The translations under genes and the position numbers were made by a program. Of a DNA stretch of 64,000 nt, positions 59,901 to 64,000 are shown in pieces. The notes below the pieces were generated by a model. It was not told where the DNA came from. It did not search any database and saw nothing but the letters and a program-made list of their open reading frames with translations. The DNA is taken from positions 1,335,755 through 1,399,754 of the forward strand of contig NMRA01000001.1 of NCBI GenBank assembly GCA_002633005.1, in the 5' to 3' direction. This DNA is from Phoronis australis (lineage: Eukaryota > Animalia > Phoronida). Every line of letters starts with the position of its first letter. The first letter of the stretch is position 1.

Positions 59901-60909
59901 CCCAGAAAAAATTGCGTCTTAAGTTATGGATATGGTGTCCAGAGTTATCTTTTGGAAAAAGAATGTTTGTTGCACTTAAAAGTTAAAATAAATCGCTAAT
60001 TGGTCATTAATTAGTAGGCGTCTTAATTAATAACCTCAGACATTTTCGCGTCTTAAGTTGCATCATTTCAATTTAGGTGGGGATTAGAATGAAATAAACT
60101 TGAAACGGATGCTGCACTCGAAATTTTAATTGAATGGATTTTGGGCCCTCTTTTGGACCCCACAGGGACCAAAGCCCAGGATTGCGTAACTAAAGGCACC
60201 CCTTCCTTCAATGGTAGGTGATTTACAATAGAATTCGACACTAAAACCTTTTGCAATCAAAAATGTGAATAAACTCCTGCTGGCTCTCTAACTAATTGAT
60301 CTATTATCACATGCCCTGTGTTTGGTCAGCCGAAAAAGCACGGGTGCGTATAGTTAACTTTGATAAACAGAGACAGCGCCCAACAAGTCGTTGTGTCCGA
60401 ACTAGTTGGCAACACTAACGAAATGAAACAAAACAAGCAGCAAACAACAGATCCGTCAGCCATCTTTATTTCCGTAGTACAATGCAGCAAGATGACAATT
60501 GTCTTATAGGTAACTCTGACTCGCAGAGACAAAGCAAAAGAAGACAAAAACACAAAAAAACGAAGAAATAAGAAAAAAACCCGTCATTGTCTGTGTATTT
60601 TGTCATTTTCTAACATGTACCTGTTTTGTTAAGTCTTCGTGACGTCCCGATACAAGTCTTGGCATTTCGTAACACCATCTTCCCGTCGCTGTCGAAAACC
60701 ACCGGTGTGGCCAACTGATCACGTTCTTTATCATAATAGACCATCGTTTCTTTCGCTTCAACAGTCCAGAAATATTCAGCAATCTTTTGGTTTCTTCCTC
60801 CCGTTGGCGATAAAATGTGAGTGAAAAACTCAGACTTAAGAGCTTTCAGAGAACAGACGCAAACCGCCAGAAAAATGAAAGCTTGCAAACGTTCTGCTGT
60901 TCGAACCAT
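23721..60909 (-). CDS. Secreted three-domain multicopper oxidase (laccase / ascorbate-oxidase-like), at least 705 aa, at least 15 exons
   Basis: Exons 60909-60621, 51690-51590, 49380-49235, 49008-48894, 47770-47661, 44764-44643 (dup 42982-42861), 40616-40477, 40066-39896, 39329-39202, 37051-36933, 35639-35566, 31510-31375 (dup 27903-27768), 29234-29085 (dup 25606-25457), 25019-24906, 23921-23721. All phases are compatible; signal peptide; motifs [28 protein letters not shown]. Confidence 0.95.
23955..24790. repeat. Array of short motifs (gcggcaatatgt / cgacacatgttgtc) interrupted by a retroelement fragment
   Basis: Motif clusters at 23960-24140 (including a 19-bp tandem repeat at 24061-24112) and 24590-24780. 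Confidence 0.5.
24260..24600 (+). pseudogene. Degraded DIRS-like reverse transcriptase fragment
   Basis: [11 protein letters not shown] motif, plus an upstream PLIGG..W..GY-like segment in shifted frames. Confidence 0.45.
24906..25019 (-). CDS. Laccase exon 14
   Basis: [38 protein letters not shown]. Confidence 0.93.
25457..25606 (-). CDS. Laccase exon 13, copy B (HPVHLHG)
   Basis: [30 protein letters not shown]; intact AG/GT. Confidence 0.85.
25800..26460 (-). mobile_element. Non-LTR (CR1/L2-like) LINE 3' fragment; duplicate at about 29440-30070
   Basis: [32 protein letters not shown] resembles the LINE ORF2 C-terminal zinc-binding region. Confidence 0.65.
27768..27903 (-). CDS. Laccase exon 12, copy B
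   Basis: [45 protein letters not shown]. Confidence 0.8.
29085..29234 (-). CDS. Laccase exon 13, copy A (HPVHLHG)
   Basis: [28 protein letters not shown]; intact AG/GT. Confidence 0.85.
31375..31510 (-). CDS. Laccase exon 12, copy A
   Basis: catcag|[29 protein letters not shown]|gttttt. Confidence 0.85.
31948..32630. mobile_element. MITE-like element; its duplicate at 28341-28655 is cut at the N
   Basis: Imperfect TIRs ggccacgaaac / atttcgtggtc. Confidence 0.45.
33085..33310. repeat. Degenerate array of cccatttggca-like motifs
   Basis: Repeated (g)cccatttgg(c/t)a units at about 20-nt spacing. Confidence 0.55.
34667..34935. mobile_element. hAT-like MITE
   Basis: catgcacgcacccag..cctgggtactcg termini with G-rich/C-rich subterminal runs. 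Confidence 0.45.
35566..35639 (-). CDS. Laccase exon 11
   Basis: [24 protein letters not shown]|gtaaga. Confidence 0.85.
36230..36892 (+). repeat. Helentron/HINE-like element with ~145-bp internal tandem units and a terminal hairpin
   Basis: Repeated tcaaggtca..ctacacc.tggt.caaaatat.aacaaa.tctaaag units; ends atgtcccc..ggggcagacat. Confidence 0.55.
36933..37051 (-). CDS. Laccase exon 10
   Basis: [24 protein letters not shown]; phase 2-1. Confidence 0.85.
39202..39329 (-). CDS. Laccase exon 9
   Basis: [32 protein letters not shown]|gtgagt. Confidence 0.88.
39896..40066 (-). CDS. Laccase exon 8
   Basis: [29 protein letters not shown]. Confidence 0.93.
40477..40616 (-). CDS. Laccase exon 7
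   Basis: [31 protein letters not shown]. Confidence 0.92.
40930..42720 (-). mobile_element. Degraded CR1/L2-type LINE (endonuclease + RT remnants); partial duplicate at 43830-44500
   Basis: VDQPTRVT (APE endonuclease), [18 protein letters not shown] and [20 protein letters not shown] (RT). Confidence 0.85.
42861..42982 (-). CDS. Laccase exon 6, copy B
   Basis: [29 protein letters not shown]|gtgaga. Confidence 0.82.
44643..44764 (-). CDS. Laccase exon 6, copy A
   Basis: [29 protein letters not shown]|gtgaga. Confidence 0.82.
46142..46211. repeat. Perfect inverted repeat, 34-bp arms, 2-nt spacer
   Basis: cgtaaactctgcaccaacaacccgataggcctac-gg-gtaggcctatcgggttgttggtgcagagtttacg. Confidence 0.95.
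47661..47770 (-). CDS. Laccase exon 5
   Basis: [24 protein letters not shown]. Confidence 0.85.
48894..49008 (-). CDS. Laccase exon 4 (WYHSH)
   Basis: [32 protein letters not shown]. Confidence 0.95.
49235..49380 (-). CDS. Laccase exon 3 (HWHG)
   Basis: [42 protein letters not shown]. Confidence 0.96.
50287..50960 (+). repeat. Helentron/HINE-like repeat with ~147-bp units, each carrying a CTCF-like motif; related copy at about 53100-53345
   Basis: Starts aacaagagc; CCACTAGATGGCGC-like motifs at 50377, 50527, 50674 and 50818. Confidence 0.6.
51590..51690 (-). CDS. Laccase exon 2
   Basis: [33 protein letters not shown]. Confidence 0.93.
53490..53990 (-). mobile_element. Penelope-like element fragment (GIY-YIG endonuclease)
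   Basis: [22 protein letters not shown] motif, frameshifted. Confidence 0.8.
56865..57030. repeat. GC-rich array of (TAG)CCGGTCGG(C) motifs
   Basis: About 10 imperfect ccggtcggc units. Confidence 0.55.
57217..60294 (+). mobile_element. AcademX-type DNA transposon, degenerate (transposase + XPG-like nuclease remnants)
   Basis: TIRs of about 400 bp with TAG..CTA termini; 3-bp TSD ATT (57214-57216, 60295-60297); broken ORF with [27 protein letters not shown] and [22 protein letters not shown]. Confidence 0.82.
60621..60909 (-). CDS. Laccase exon 1 (signal peptide)
   Basis: aaa[40 protein letters not shown]|gtacat; phase 1 matches exon 2. Confidence 0.85.
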
Positions 60910-62029
60910 TTTGCTGAGACTACTTGACTCGAATAGCCTTTCGTTCCCCCATCCACAGGTTCTGAAACCCAGTGTATGCAGTCACGCTAATCAGGTTATA
61001 CTCGTATCCCGGAGACAACTCACAAAGGTGAGTGCGTGACCTTGCTGAATGTGCACTATTGAAAATTTACATGAACAATGGAGGGTAGCAGCTCTTTTTG
61101 ACTGAACTGAATTTTTTCAACTCCGCTTAGAAAACAGTTGAGGCTTCGGGGCCGTAGGACGCGGGGGACGTGCTGTCCGATAACTTGTAGGGATCTGGGC
61201 GAAACCGTGGCGACTGCTATACGCATGGAGTATTGCCAAGTTTTCTCCCGGGACGAGTGACCCGAGTTTTGCTCACTATGGTCGGACACAATCAGACTTG
61301 GCTGTCACCAGCACTTCAGGTTTTTAGCCCCATCCTTCCGTCACCGGGAGACAGTAATATGCGTCTTAGATGTCTAATTTGGTTATGGCTGTCCACTTTT
61401 AAATTTTAAATTCGCACTTTAACGGGCGGAACAAAATTGTTTTTGCCTTCTACGTTCCAGCAAGTTACTCCGAATGAAAAGATCATCCAACTACAAGAGG
61501 AGTTGCATTAATTTGAAGAGTGAAAGTCACGGAACCAGTGCAATGCCTTTTGCTTGTAAAGTGCCTTCTGAAGCCACGTCCAAGATGTTTACTTTGATTG
61601 TGTAATGGAATTAGGCACAACACACCAATCCAAACAGAAATTAAGTGGCTGTACACTTTGTTTAAACACACATTCTCTTGCTCATACATCAGAAATATGC
61701 GCGAAAACTGTCATGCACATATGTTCCAAAGCAAAATTGATTCAGATTTCAGGAAGACTAGCTGGAACCCGTGCTTCGCACAGGTACCAGTTTAGTGTAT
61801 GGGAATCAGCGTTCGCTGTGTTTATAAAAATATCGCCTAAAAACTGTGCTGTTATCAATGCTTTTTAAGTAGCCATTGTTTTTGTCATAATTTTTTTGTT
61901 CGTAAATATCGCATTTCATTTTTTGTTGAACGTCCATTTTATAGCGTTCTGCCGTACAGAAATGTGATGGTGATAATACCACGACATACGCACAATGTGT
62001 CTTTATTACCATATCTAGAATTCACGTGT

Positions 62030-62180
62030 ACATATTACATGGCGAAGTCTAGAGCCCGAGTGGAGTTCGGAGAATTATCGCCCGAGGGGCGTTAGCCCCG
62101 AGAGTGATAATTCTCCAAAATCCACGAGGGCTCTAGATAAGGGGGATAACGACTGAGAACATGTAATAATCTATTTATAC
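62030..62180. mobile_element. Hairpin-centred short element (Crypton-like non-autonomous)
   Basis: tctagagcc..ggagaattatc.cccgagggg-cgtta-gccccgag.gtgataattctcc..ggctctaga, flanked by tattacatg / catgtaata. Confidence 0.5.
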
Positions 62181-62339
62181 TACATAATGAACGAGAAACA
62201 TTGCAATGAATCGATCTACCTTTCTCAACTCGCCTCGGCTTTGTAACGACTTTCTATGTCCTCAATCAAATTATCTTGATACTAATCCCAGAGGTAGAAT
62301 CCATTGCTACGTGAACAGATTGTGGAAAAGAGAGAGCGC

Positions 62340-62570
62340 AGTGGCCTTGGCAACTGGAATGTTTCACAATGTATTGTCTTCCAGCAAATAGAGTCTAATA
62401 CACGCCTCTTTTAACGTATCCAGTACCTGGCCATGTACTGTACACAATTCAAATGGTGTTCGACATAGTACATGGAGTAGAAGTGTTCGTAAGCAGAAAA
62501 GTTCAATGTCCTTCGGACTGGCCGAGTAAACACGACAAATAAAATTCTTACCCCCACTTCCCATTACGAA
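62340..62570 (-). mobile_element. Helitron RepHel fragment
   Basis: RVYSASPKDIELFCLRTLLLHV..TPFEL.TVHG..TLKEACIRL.LLED matches the region typical of Helitron RepHel proteins. Confidence 0.75.
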
Positions 62571-64000
62571 TATGAAGTTTCGAACCAGTAATCGAGATTT
62601 TTAACCAACAATTTACAAAAAGGTATTTCCAATCTTAAGTTGCTTTTTGTGGTAACCAGTACCTGAAAAGAAAAATAATGTAAGATCAAGCACACGTTGG
62701 TAGACATTTTCTTATAACAGTTTTCTCCACAACCAGTTTTGACTCCTGTTGCTTCAACAGGTTTCCCGAGGCTCCTGTTAGGTTTGGGTAACGTGCAACA
62801 TACTGGCTTTGCTTTTGCCCATAACAAAGAACATTGCCAGATCGAGTCCAGTTACGTCTTTCCCACAGGTTTGTAGCATGACGTCACACATAACAACGTG
62901 AAAGCATCACGTGACACATCGTGACAACATGAATGCGATTCTAGATGTGATCAATCTCATGTTTGATAACTTGAAATCTATTTCTTAGAAAATAGGCCAC
63001 GGAACATCTTACTTTGAATATTGGTAGCATACTTTATGGTTACCGTGTTCAGTGCAGTATCATTAGGTATCTAATTAGTTGTTTCCTTTAATGTTTCCCT
63101 GTGGAGGGAGATACTGTGTAACCTACTTTCTGTCTTTGACCTAGTTTTGTAGTTTGACCTGCTTCTGGATTAAAATGGCATCTATCCAACGACGCTATTT
63201 TCAGCAACTCACATTTACAACACGGACCAAAACTTTCAGCCTGTAAAAGAAAAAAAGCCAGGGGATGTTATTCTCTACCAGTTCAATGAGGCAAAGGGTT
63301 AATACAGGCACCAGTTTCAAATTAATTAATGACTGTCACCTCGGTTGTCTTGGGTAAACACCTGACCTGAAGCGGGACACTCCGAACACTTGTTAACAAT
63401 AATTTGAACCCAAAATGCAAACATGCGGTGATCGTCTACTATTTATGACTATAATATTCCACAGCACGACTGACAACATAACGCGCTTAAAAACTCCAAA
63501 ATGAATTATTTTATCGCAAACTATTTTGACCGCCGGGGGTACGTGACGAGCTATGTTGCAGAATAAAACAAGATAGCGATTGCTAATAATGTGATTTTTT
63601 ATGACGTAAGAAAGAAATTTAGAAGACTCTGCAAGATGGACGTGAAAAACGCCATCAGCGCATCACGGCATTTTCCTGTTGCTCCCAACTTGTTGGATTT
63701 TATAGTCCAACAACAAGTTGGGAAGTTTACCCCTGCAGCCAACATCTTACACGACTGATTTACTCCATTCTGACATTTATGGTTGGAGGGCCAGGTGTGT
63801 TTTGTTCGATAATTGCTCTAATCTCCAATAACACCGTATCTACCCTGACTGGGGCTGTGCTGTTAAAAATAAAAGTTAAGTTATAACATATTTGAATATA
63901 AACCAATGGTATTTCTGAAATTTTCGTCAAATGGTGACCATGTTTAGTTTTTGAATCGCCAAAATTGCTCTACTGCAACCGAAGTTACGACAATCTATTC

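Noticed and set aside
63683-63723. Small hairpin tcccaacttgttgga..tccaacaacaagttggga as an ncRNA or terminator
   Set aside because: Short and imperfect with no supporting context; probably repeat-derived.

Overview
This is intron-rich eukaryotic (metazoan, probably marine invertebrate) genomic DNA, not prokaryotic, so most entries in the supplied ORF track are spurious. Three spliced genes were rebuilt by hand with consistent GT-AG junctions and phases. (1) A minus-strand RING-HC + TRAF-type zinc-finger gene has 3 exons visible and runs off the left edge. (2) Plus-strand ZFYVE21 (7 exons, 229 aa, plus a candidate 12-nt microexon) sits head-to-head with it, with 276 bp between the ATGs. (3) A minus-strand secreted three-domain multicopper oxidase/laccase has 15 or more exons over about 37 kb and all four copper motifs. 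Two laccase segments are duplicated exactly across single-N scaffold junctions (28656, 43829), most likely uncollapsed haplotypes. The rest is transposon-derived: an AcademX-type DNA transposon with TIRs and a 3-bp TSD, foldback elements with 9-bp TSDs, a deleted BEL/Pao LTR element with a tRNA-iMet PBS, LINE, Penelope, Helitron and DIRS-like fragments, MITEs, and repeats carrying CTCF-like motifs. I found no clearly new biological system. The best leads are the microexon, the duplicated laccase exons, the Academ-like elements, the ~147-bp CTCF-motif arrays and a perfect 70-bp palindrome.
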